This document shows positions 6,883-13,711 of a stretch of 13,711 bases of DNA, one piece after another. The notes below the pieces were generated by a model, which did no database searches, was not told the origin of the DNA, and worked only from the letters and a program-made list of their open reading frames with translations. The position numbers and the translations under genes are program-made. The stretch's first letter is position 1. Every line of letters starts with the position of its first letter. Source of the stretch: Bdellovibrionales bacterium (GTDB lineage Bacteria > Bdellovibrionota > Bdellovibrionia > Bdellovibrionales > JAMPXM01); assembly GCA_043739185.1 (NCBI GenBank), contig JAYUEN010000287.1:1-13711 (forward strand), in the 5' to 3' direction.

Positions 6883-7347
6883 TCAATTGCCAGAGCAAGG
6901 GGTGGGTCCCATTTGAGATAGGACCAGTTCAACCTCACTGCTGCCTAAATTAGGAAGTCTTAATTTGTAAATCGAGCATAAATCTTGGCATCCAGAGGTT
7001 GGATAGACAACTCGGCGTCCATTGCTGCCCTCTGTATAGGTCCACCCGGAAGTGGGATAAACAACCCGGCGTCCGTCACTGCCTTCTGTATAGGTCCATC
7101 CGGAAGTGGGATAAACAACTCGGCGTTTGCTGTTGCCTTCCGTGTAGGTCCACCCGGAAGTGGGATAAACAACCCGACGTCCGTCACGGCCTTCTGTATA
7201 GGTCCATCCGGAACTAGGGTAGACCACTCTTACGCCGTCACTACCTTCTGTATATGTCATTCCTCCGGAGCCAGGGCTGCATACTGGTGCAGCCATTATG
7301 TTATTAGAAATAAATAAAATTGATAAAATCAAAACTCTTGCTTTCAT
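6883..7347 (-). CDS. Secreted tandem-repeat protein (154 aa; 5 x 18-aa SGWTYTEGxxGRRVVYPT)
   Basis: GGAGG SD and N-terminal signal peptide. Repeat differences are mostly synonymous in this frame. Four Cys flank the repeat block. Confidence 0.85.
   Translation of the reverse strand: MKARVLILSILFISNNIMAAPVCSPGSGGMTYTEGSDGVRVVYPSSGWTYTEGRDGRRVVYPTSGWTYTEGNSKRRVVYPTSGWTYTEGSDGRRVVYPTSGWTYTEGSNGRRVVYPTSGCQDLCSIYKLRLPNLGSSEVELVLSQMGPTPCSGN
6992..7261. repeat. Five tandem 54-bp coding repeats
   Basis: Units start at 6992, 7046, 7100, 7154 and 7208, each 54 nt, with no spacers. Confidence 0.95.
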
Positions 7348-7591
7348 AAATTACCTCCAAAAAGAAATAAAAAAACTCCGTACTTATACCACGAATCCAA
7401 TTCAGCTATTTGAAGAAATACCTATTTACTTTAAAGACCTGAATAAATTTCAATTGCGTTGGCAAGCTATACTCAAAAGGCAAATGAGAAAGCTGGTTCG
7501 TCGGCAACTAAAGCAAGGGCGCGCAAGCAAACATCGCCATAAGCACTTACTGCCACATACCAACGTTTTGTTGCAGGAAAACGATCCTCTA

Positions 7592-8338
7592 TCATTGCCT
7601 CCAATAGACTCCAGAAAACTCTGGGTATTCATGATTAGCGCCACTGCCCATACATCGCGATCCGCTTGTTGCAAGCAAGGCATTGTTGAAGTTTAATATA
7701 ACGATGTCGCAAATATCGATTTTTTTCGAATTTGCTCGAACTTCAGCTAGTGATCCTTTTAGCTTAAGATCGCTTGAATCCTCGTCTTCGTTGCCGGTTC
7801 CGATCGCACCCTTTATGCCTGTAGTATTGAGACGTAATTTTGTACCAAGTTTCTTAATTGTTACTTCATCAGAAATGCTATTTATCCATGTGCCAGACCA
7901 AATTTTGGGTTCTGGTAATCGTTTCGAAAGTGACATCAAAGCATTGTAGGATAATTCGAGTTTTTTGGAATCGGCTTCGCCCTCAAATGAACCAAAGCTT
8001 TGGATTTCGAATTTCTCGAGTTCTGATTTTTTTATCCAACCAGAGGCAATTGTTTTCCCTCTTTTGAGATAGCAGGCAAAAATGCTTTTTGATGACTCCT
8101 TGCCGGCGATTAATAAGTCCCCTGCGACTACGTACTTTTTCGACTTTTCTCCATCTTCGGTAATTGAAAAATGTATTGATAATCCTCCATTGGGAACATA
8201 CCAAACAATCTTTGGTGACTCACGAAGGTCAACATCACCACAAATAGCGGACTGCTGATGTTTGGGCCTTTCTGCCGCTTGAGAAATATGAGATGTGAAC
8301 ACAACTAGAAACGATAAATATAAAGAAAATGATTTCAT
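7592..8338 (-). CDS. Secreted hypothetical protein (248 aa) with an SH3-like N-terminal region and a beta-rich C-terminal domain
   Basis: Signal peptide ending SQA. YVVAGD...ACY...G...SGWIKKSEL resembles bacterial SH3-like GW motifs. The C-domain has WSGTW, a Cys pair and FSGVY. Confidence 0.8.
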   Translation of the reverse strand: MKSFSLYLSFLVVFTSHISQAAERPKHQQSAICGDVDLRESPKIVWYVPNGGLSIHFSITEDGEKSKKYVVAGDLLIAGKESSKSIFACYLKRGKTIASGWIKKSELEKFEIQSFGSFEGEADSKKLELSYNALMSLSKRLPEPKIWSGTWINSISDEVTIKKLGTKLRLNTTGIKGAIGTGNEDEDSSDLKLKGSLAEVRANSKKIDICDIVILNFNNALLATSGSRCMGSGANHEYPEFSGVYWRQ

Positions 8339-8373
8339 TTTTTTATATTAGAAAAAAAAATCCGAAGGATCAA
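8339..8373 (-). promoter_or_regulatory. Sigma70-type promoter abutting the start codon (leaderless candidate)
   Basis: Minus strand TTGATC-N17-TAATAT-N6-ATG(8338), with no SD present. Confidence 0.5.
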
Positions 8374-8435
8374 TAAACAAATGCGCCGTCTGAATTGGTT
8401 GATGAATTTGCGGAGCTCATGTGTTAGGTTATTTT

Positions 8436-8789
8436 ATGCCGATTTTAGATTTTGAATTCATCGGAGGTGAACCAACAGATCATCTCGCTCAAAAACTAGC
8501 AGACTCTACAGGTGAGATTTTTGGCTCCGCTCCTGGACACACATGGGTAAAGATTAAGTTTATTCCGACGAACCAATACGCCGAAAGCAATGTTTTATTT
8601 GAAACCGGCCCCGTATTTGTTTCGGTTCTTCTGCGCCAAACGCCCGAACTTGTAGAGAAAGAAAAGCTATCTAAAAAGTTATGCAAAGTAGTTGGTGAAA
8701 TAACGGGACGTGCCGATGAAAATATTCACATTATATTCTTGCCTGAGGGTTTTAATAGCGTTGCATTTGGTGGAAATTTAGTTAAATAA
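8436..8789 (+). CDS. Tautomerase superfamily protein (4-OT/MIF-like, two beta-alpha-beta units)
   Basis: Starting at ATG 8436 gives M-P-I-L-D-F-E (catalytic Pro-1). The second unit reads EKEKLSKKLCKVVGEITGRADENIHIIF, and the protein ends VAFGG. Confidence 0.85.
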   Translation: MPILDFEFIGGEPTDHLAQKLADSTGEIFGSAPGHTWVKIKFIPTNQYAESNVLFETGPVFVSVLLRQTPELVEKEKLSKKLCKVVGEITGRADENIHIIFLPEGFNSVAFGGNLVK

Positions 8790-8872
8790 GTTGCTCGAAC
8801 TTACTCGCGATGAAAGCTCAGGGTTTTCACACATTGTAGGACACGCACTCATTCTCAAAGTTGCGGAATTGA

Positions 8873-10195
8873 TTAAAAACTAAATCCAGCTTCCATTAAA
8901 TTCAAGATATCTAGTACATCGGGATCTCTAGCAGTTCCTAAGAGAAGATCAATTCCACTTGGCATCACACTGAAATTCGTATTTGCACGAACATGGTGCA
9001 AATAATGAAAGCGCGAGACCGCCCTAAATAGGGATGTATTGATAAACCATTTTTCAAATCGGTTGCCACTCTTCATAATGTCGGCGCGAGTTCGATGTAG
9101 ATTGGTATGATTGTATTCGTTAATGTGAATAAAAGAAGTTGCAAATATTGATATTGCAATTGCGCTTGGGCCCCAATGCGCTCCACCGGTTAACCACCCC
9201 AAAGCAAATCCGGAAACACCAAATAACAAATAACCAGCTTTGTTAACTCGCGGAGCAAGCTTGGTCCCATTAGATGAGAGTTCTAAAAAAGTTCTCTGTG
9301 CCTCAGGATCGACAATTCCCATTCGTTCAAGCTGCTGAAGAATTTCTTCGCGGGCTTCGGGATCTAAAGCTCCATCCGCGCCTTTTAGAGCATAGTTTCG
9401 AGGATCATTGTTTTTGCTCGGTGAATTTATCAAATGATGTGCGAGATGAGGTCTGGTGAGGTTGTCCTCGGGTTTCAAATATATCCCCGAATTTTCAATT
9501 TCGATTTGAGATTGAGGAGAAGCATGGGCTACCCAGCGATGCAAAGCATATTCAGCGAACGCTGAAAAATAATAGCCCTTTGCAATTCCGGCAAGAACTG
9601 CAGCACCCGTATAAGCTGAACTTATTGCGATGAGGGCCACGGGCCAAGCTTTATAGATAAATTTCATTAAGGCGGGATCACCTATTTTCAAAGTCAGCGG
9701 ATCGGCTCTGTAAACCAGAAGATGAAATCTTTGTACTTCAATAGTCTCTTTTAACAAAACAAGCTTTGGTAGGGGCTTATCAATGATGAGTTCAAGAGAT
9801 TCACTTTTTCCGGTGAGGCTCTGCCAACTCTTTTCGAATATGCCTGTTAATTCAGGAGTTATTTGAGGCCCTAAGGTGCTGTCGAGGAACTTGGTTCGAA
9901 TTACAAGTTGAAGCGTTGTATGCTCCATGATCGAAAGTTGCTCTCCCAAGGCTTGTCTTTGTTTGAGTGTTTTTATCCATGCATGAATTTCAAGACGGTC
10001 TTTTTCAGATTCAGATTTGAGTTTTCGAATCATGCGACGAGCAACTTCATCAAAAGTGCGAGTCTGATCGCTGAGGATTCGGGAGTTTTCAATTGGAGTG
10101 AAAAGAGACAAGCAGATAGATGGATTAGCAAAAGTAGGTAGGCCCAAACAAAGTGAAAAGCTAAAGATCAAAAAATATTTGCGTAGCCAGCTCAT
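8873..10195 (-). CDS. Fatty acid hydroxylase / sterol desaturase family membrane di-iron enzyme with a signal peptide and long N-terminal extension
   Basis: His boxes EYALHRWVAH, HLAHH, EYNHTNLH and HYLHH followed by NFS and D..LGT. Hydrophobic segments precede boxes 1 and 3. Confidence 0.8.
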   Translation of the reverse strand: MSWLRKYFLIFSFSLCLGLPTFANPSICLSLFTPIENSRILSDQTRTFDEVARRMIRKLKSESEKDRLEIHAWIKTLKQRQALGEQLSIMEHTTLQLVIRTKFLDSTLGPQITPELTGIFEKSWQSLTGKSESLELIIDKPLPKLVLLKETIEVQRFHLLVYRADPLTLKIGDPALMKFIYKAWPVALIAISSAYTGAAVLAGIAKGYYFSAFAEYALHRWVAHASPQSQIEIENSGIYLKPEDNLTRPHLAHHLINSPSKNNDPRNYALKGADGALDPEAREEILQQLERMGIVDPEAQRTFLELSSNGTKLAPRVNKAGYLLFGVSGFALGWLTGGAHWGPSAIAISIFATSFIHINEYNHTNLHRTRADIMKSGNRFEKWFINTSLFRAVSRFHYLHHVRANTNFSVMPSGIDLLLGTARDPDVLDILNLMEAGFSF

Positions 10196-10210
10196 AAAAA
10201 ACCTTTATCC

Positions 10211-10229
10211 AGGGCTGAAAGTCAGCCCT
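10211..10229 (-). other. Perfect 8-bp hairpin at the predicted 5' end of the desaturase-like mRNA
   Basis: AGGGCTGA-CTT-TCAGCCCT on the minus strand, 15 nt upstream of the ATG. Confidence 0.6.
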
Positions 10230-10238
10230 CCTTTAGAG

Positions 10239-10255
10239 TGCAAAATGGCCTCCAG
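10239..10255 (-). promoter_or_regulatory. Sigma54-type promoter for the desaturase-like gene
   Basis: Minus strand CTGGAGGCCATTTTGCA has GG-N10-GC spacing and TTGCA. Predicted +1 (~10228) coincides with the start of the hairpin. Confidence 0.5.
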
Positions 10256-10399
10256 CCAAGGCTGCGTCTGTTTAGTTTTACCTGACCAACAAAGTGACAC
10301 TGACAAAAGGAAACTGCCCAAAATGGGCGTTACGATTGACTAATGGGTTGATCCAAACAGGTAGTTTTGTTTAAGCTAAGGCCATACGTAGGATAAAAT

Positions 10400-11212
10400 A
10401 TGTCTAAACACGAAGAATTTCTAAAGAGTTTTCATGCAAAGCATCCGGGTTGTACGTCAGAAATTATGTCAAGGGCAGAGGATGAACAAGGAAGAACATC
10501 CTATGGCCTTCTGTCGCAACTCATTCCTCATGATTTAGAATGTCTATCCGTTTTAGATATTGCCTGTGGCGATGGATTTTTATTGGAACAAATTGCTCAA
10601 CGTAAAATTAAAGGCATTGAACTTTTCGGAATTGATATGAGTGAAGCGGAGCTCGCCGCAGCTGAAAAAAGATTGCATGGTCGAGCTCAACTTCATTTGG
10701 GCAGAACGCAAAGCTTAGCATTTTCAAATTCCTCAATGGATTTTGTACTCTGCCATATGGCCTTTATGTTGATGGATTCAATTGAAGAAGTCATTTCGGA
10801 AGTAAAGCGTGTGCTAAAACCCAACGGGACGTTTTCGGCGGTTGTTTCCGGTGGAGGATTTAAATTTCCTGCTAGTGATATTTTCAGAGAGCTCTCTGCA
10901 CGAAATCTTAAGAAAGAGTCCATGGAGTTCCTTTGGCAAATCGGAGATGAACGCACTCGAAATGAAGAGGGACTACGAAAACTCTTTTCGACCGCCAAAA
11001 GTCTAAATGTTCAAGCCATTTCAATGAGTGTCTTCGAACCAATTGATATAGCTGTTCATTACTATATGACTTTTTATGGTCCTGCTTTACTTACGGCGTC
11101 TGAGTATTCAAATTTAAAATTAGAATTGCGTGAGAGATTTGTGGCATTGGCTGGCCCTCGCAAATTGGTCGAATGCGGCCACGGCATTATTCAAATCACA
11201 GCACAGCTTTAG
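10400..11212 (+). CDS. Class I SAM-dependent methyltransferase
   Basis: Motif I VLDIACGDG, GIDMS, post-II DFVLCHMAFMLM, and RVLKPNGTF. AGGA SD. Confidence 0.92.
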   Translation: MSKHEEFLKSFHAKHPGCTSEIMSRAEDEQGRTSYGLLSQLIPHDLECLSVLDIACGDGFLLEQIAQRKIKGIELFGIDMSEAELAAAEKRLHGRAQLHLGRTQSLAFSNSSMDFVLCHMAFMLMDSIEEVISEVKRVLKPNGTFSAVVSGGGFKFPASDIFRELSARNLKKESMEFLWQIGDERTRNEEGLRKLFSTAKSLNVQAISMSVFEPIDIAVHYYMTFYGPALLTASEYSNLKLELRERFVALAGPRKLVECGHGIIQITAQL

Positions 11213-11292
11213 CCCGAACGGCTTGGTTCTGCCGCGTTGAATTACGAAAAGCTGGCTGGCACTTTCGAAGAAAAAAGTTTATTCTTTTAACT

Positions 11293-11664
11293 ATGTCAGA
11301 ACAAACTGAAGAGCTTAATTTACAATATTTTTTATCCTCTAAGGGACCTATTTTGGTTGTTACCTTTGTCGGCGAAATGAATGATGCCTCTATTAAAACA
11401 CTTGAAAAATGTAATGCTGAATTGATTGCCATTAAGGATGTCAAATTTGTGATTCTGTATTTTAGAGATACTAAACGTATTTCAATGGATGCCATCCCGG
11501 TGCTTGCAACCATGCAAAAAGAAATTCGCAAAACTCATTCTTTGCAAATTTGCTCAATGGCGCCCGATATGCGCGAAAAACTTAAAAAACAAGGTGTCAT
11601 TCGAGATGCCGAAATGACCAATAATCTAGCCGATGCCATTGCCGCCCTCAAAGGCAGATTTTAG
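11293..11664 (+). CDS. STAS-domain (anti-sigma factor antagonist-like) protein (123 aa)
   Basis: ILVVTFVGEMN...VILYFRDTKRISMDAIPVL...LQICSMAPDMREKLKKQGV...NNLADAIAAL follows the STAS pattern. Start moved to ATG 11293 because the longer ORF overlaps the methyltransferase. Confidence 0.8.
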   Translation: MSEQTEELNLQYFLSSKGPILVVTFVGEMNDASIKTLEKCNAELIAIKDVKFVILYFRDTKRISMDAIPVLATMQKEIRKTHSLQICSMAPDMREKLKKQGVIRDAEMTNNLADAIAALKGRF

Positions 11665-11879
11665 CGCCTAAGAATGAAATGCCGTCGGCGCAATCGAGAA
11701 GCAAATTGCGCCGTCTCCAGCTGAAGAAATGATTGGCCGCGCTTTGAGCTGCTTTAAGTTTTGATGAATGCTAGTCTAGGCGAATGCTTCTCAATTGACT
11801 CAAAACGAGAATTCTCACATTTATCTTCTGAAGGACTAACAAAAAACCGATTGGATACTAAGCAAAGGAGAACGAAGTT

Positions 11880-12647
11880 TTGCTTCAACTAGGCGGCACT
11901 GAACATCAAATTGTAAATTGGCTTTCAGGCTTTGCCTATTATCCGCTTGAACTCTACGGCTTGATTTTTCTCTTTATGCTATTGAGTGGTTTTGGGCTGC
12001 CCATTCCAGAAGAAATTGTTTTGGTAACTTCGGGACTCATTGCTTATGCCGGAAGTCGCCCTGATCTTTATCCTGTGCCTCATGCAGGCGCGGCCGTCGT
12101 TGATACGACAACACTTGCGATCGTCTGTTTGGCCTCGGTACTATTTAGCGATATGGTGGTTTTTGTTCTCGGGCGGGTCTTCGGCCAACGAATTGCAAAG
12201 TCAAAACGTTTTGGCAAATATGTTGATCCTAGGCAAAACCCCAAACTCGGAGAGTTGCGACGAAAATACGGCGCCTGGGCTTGTGGAATTTTTCGCTTTA
12301 CTCCTGGCATTCGATTTCCGGGGCATTTGAGTTGCGGAGTAATGAGAATACCTTATTGGAAGTTTTTGCTCATTGACGGAACTGCAGCTCTCATTTCAGT
12401 TCCAACTCAAGTTATTTTAGTGGCAATTTATGGCGAAGTTATGTTGGGTTATCTAAAGCAATTTAAAATTGTACTATTTTCGGTACTTGCCATTGTCGGG
12501 ACTATTTATCTAGCCTATCGATTATTTTGTTGGCTGAATAGTTCGAAGCCAAAGCCCTTTCGACCTAAAACAATCAAAAACTATAATTTGAAATCTCAGA
12601 ACAAAAATCAGCCTTCAAAATCTGAGGCCCGAAAACGCGTTTCTTAA
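11880..12647 (+). CDS. DedA family membrane protein
   Basis: GLPIPEEIVLVTSG, D...F.LGR.FG and FRFTPGIRFPGHLSCG motifs, several TM segments. TTG start with AAAGGAG SD. Confidence 0.92.
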   Translation: MLQLGGTEHQIVNWLSGFAYYPLELYGLIFLFMLLSGFGLPIPEEIVLVTSGLIAYAGSRPDLYPVPHAGAAVVDTTTLAIVCLASVLFSDMVVFVLGRVFGQRIAKSKRFGKYVDPRQNPKLGELRRKYGAWACGIFRFTPGIRFPGHLSCGVMRIPYWKFLLIDGTAALISVPTQVILVAIYGEVMLGYLKQFKIVLFSVLAIVGTIYLAYRLFCWLNSSKPKPFRPKTIKNYNLKSQNKNQPSKSEARKRVS

Positions 12648-12691
12648 CTCGACTGTTGAGTTTATGCTGGTTTTGACTAAGTATTGCGTCT

Positions 12692-13576
12692 GTGAATCAT
12701 CTCATTTCCTTGATTATTTTGTTTGGTGCTGCTGCAGCTGAGGCTTCTTCAATTGATGTCTTAACTGGGGCACGGGTTTCAATTTCAAGTACGCAGTCGA
12801 TTTTGGGGGCACCGCCCCTGCCAAGCTTAGAGTCTAATACTGGCCTCGTTTTTATTTTTCAGGGTGGATATCTCACCGGCAAAGCTATCGACTCAAGTAA
12901 TGGCGGTGCCAGCGGCTATAGCGGAAATTTTTATGGCAAGGCGGCCGGTATCGGATTTTCCTCTCGCACTTTCGGTAACTTTAGTTTTTTTGGACTCTTT
13001 GTTGCTAGTCAAATGGACGGTGAAATTGCAGTCACCAGTTCAGATGGCACAAGCATTACATATTTTCGGGAAATGAAGGTGCAGTCGATGGCAGCGGTCG
13101 CTGGCATAAGCTATCGTTTTATTGGTGAAGGCAGATCTCCTTTTGCAGCTGGAGTTTTCGTAGGTCCTACTTGGATGTCCCTCAAGAGTCGCTTTCACGT
13201 CGACGCTCCTTATATTTCATATATCAGTCCCGATTATACGGCAGAGCCAAAAGTGACAGGAGTTATGGCGGGTTTACAGCTTAAGTGGCGCCTCAATCAC
13301 TATCTAATTGCGCCCTATGCACTTTATATGGGTGAAGTTTCAAATCACTGTAAAGGCTTTTCGACACCAAACCCAGCAGATCAATGGCCTGCTTGTGAAG
13401 GCGATCCTTATAGTGCAGATTTGCCGGCCTCGTTTAGTGCGTACGGAATTAATCTCGGGTATCGCGGCTTTAGTTTCAATGCTTTCTCGCAAACGCAAAA
13501 TGCAAATTCTGCGGCCATGAAAGCCATTGAAGTTCATCAATATCAATTGTCGTATTCAGCAGGTTTGGATATTTAA
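12692..13576 (+). CDS. Exported hypothetical protein, probable outer-membrane beta-barrel
   Basis: Signal peptide (MNHLISLIILFGAAAAEA). Many amphipathic Gly/aromatic beta-strands (AGISYRF, AGVFVGP, GLQLKWR, YGINLGY, YQLSYSAG). GTG start with weak SD. Confidence 0.75.
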   Translation: MNHLISLIILFGAAAAEASSIDVLTGARVSISSTQSILGAPPLPSLESNTGLVFIFQGGYLTGKAIDSSNGGASGYSGNFYGKAAGIGFSSRTFGNFSFFGLFVASQMDGEIAVTSSDGTSITYFREMKVQSMAAVAGISYRFIGEGRSPFAAGVFVGPTWMSLKSRFHVDAPYISYISPDYTAEPKVTGVMAGLQLKWRLNHYLIAPYALYMGEVSNHCKGFSTPNPADQWPACEGDPYSADLPASFSAYGINLGYRGFSFNAFSQTQNANSAAMKAIEVHQYQLSYSAGLDI

Positions 13577-13582
13577 TCTTGC

Positions 13583-13609
13583 AAAAAAAAGCGCCTTGGT
13601 AGGCGCTTT
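13583..13609 (-). terminator. Rho-independent terminator, strongest on the minus strand and possibly bidirectional
   Basis: AAAGCGCCT-TGGT-AGGCGCTTT preceded by A8 on the plus strand (U8 on the minus strand). Lies between convergent genes. Confidence 0.8.
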
Positions 13610-13630
13610 CGAAAAAAATTTAAACTAAAA

Positions 13631-13711
13631 TTACTTAGTTAAATAAAACAGCATTCTTTGAGGTTGTAAATCTCGATAGAGGTTATTAAGACCAGTTGGA
13701 TCCGTACCCAA
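13631..13711 (-). CDS. 3' end of an unidentified gene entering from the right edge
   Basis: Open minus frame LGTDPTGLNNLYRDLQPQRMLFYLTK-stop, ending just before the minus-strand terminator. Confidence 0.5.
   Translation of the reverse strand: MGTDPTGLNNLYRDLQPQRMLFYLTK

Noticed and set aside
6992..7261. CRISPR array or DGR template/variable repeat
   Set aside because: Units are contiguous 54-mers with no unique spacers and keep one reading frame with largely synonymous changes. There are no cas or reverse transcriptase genes in the window, and changes are not adenine-specific.
7298..7696. ORFs 7298..7696 (+) and 7450..7683 (-)
   Set aside because: They overlap better-supported genes, have no SD, and show no family resemblance.
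11173..11292. 40-aa N-terminal extension of the STAS protein
   Set aside because: It overlaps the methyltransferase 3' end. The STAS pattern starts after ATG 11293.
11829..11853. Sigma28 (FliA) promoter before dedA (TGAAG...ACCGAT)
   Set aside because: The spacer is 13 nt rather than 15 and both boxes are degenerate.
1767..13546. Remaining short antisense or out-of-frame ORFs inside ahpF, ahpC, oxyR, the kinase, the repeat gene, the desaturase, the methyltransferase, dedA and the OMP gene
   Set aside because: Shadow ORFs of well-supported genes with no independent evidence.

Overview
Bacterial, moderately AT-rich chromosomal window with no integrase, transposase, CRISPR array or rRNA. It opens with the last 19 nt of a tRNA (probably Ser), followed by what looks like a tyrosine-integrase attachment arm: an IHF-like site plus three TGTAGTGAT repeats. 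Next come two small secreted hypothetical genes, a complete divergent oxyR / ahpC-ahpF peroxide-defence locus with an OxyR box, and an orphan cytoplasmic histidine kinase. These are followed by a secreted protein built from five 18-aa repeats, a secreted SH3-like hypothetical, a Pro-1 tautomerase, an unusual signal-peptide-bearing fatty-acid-hydroxylase/desaturase-type di-iron enzyme, a class I SAM methyltransferase, an atypical STAS protein, a DedA protein, a probable outer-membrane beta-barrel, and the 3' tip of a convergent gene. The many exported orphan proteins and sigma54-type promoters would fit a Bdellovibrionota-like organism, but that is a weak inference. I found no single clearly novel multi-gene system. 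The best leads are the integrase-less att arm, the exported di-iron enzyme, the 18-aa repeat protein, a possible sigma54 regulon of exported proteins, and a structured RNA-like segment after ahpF.
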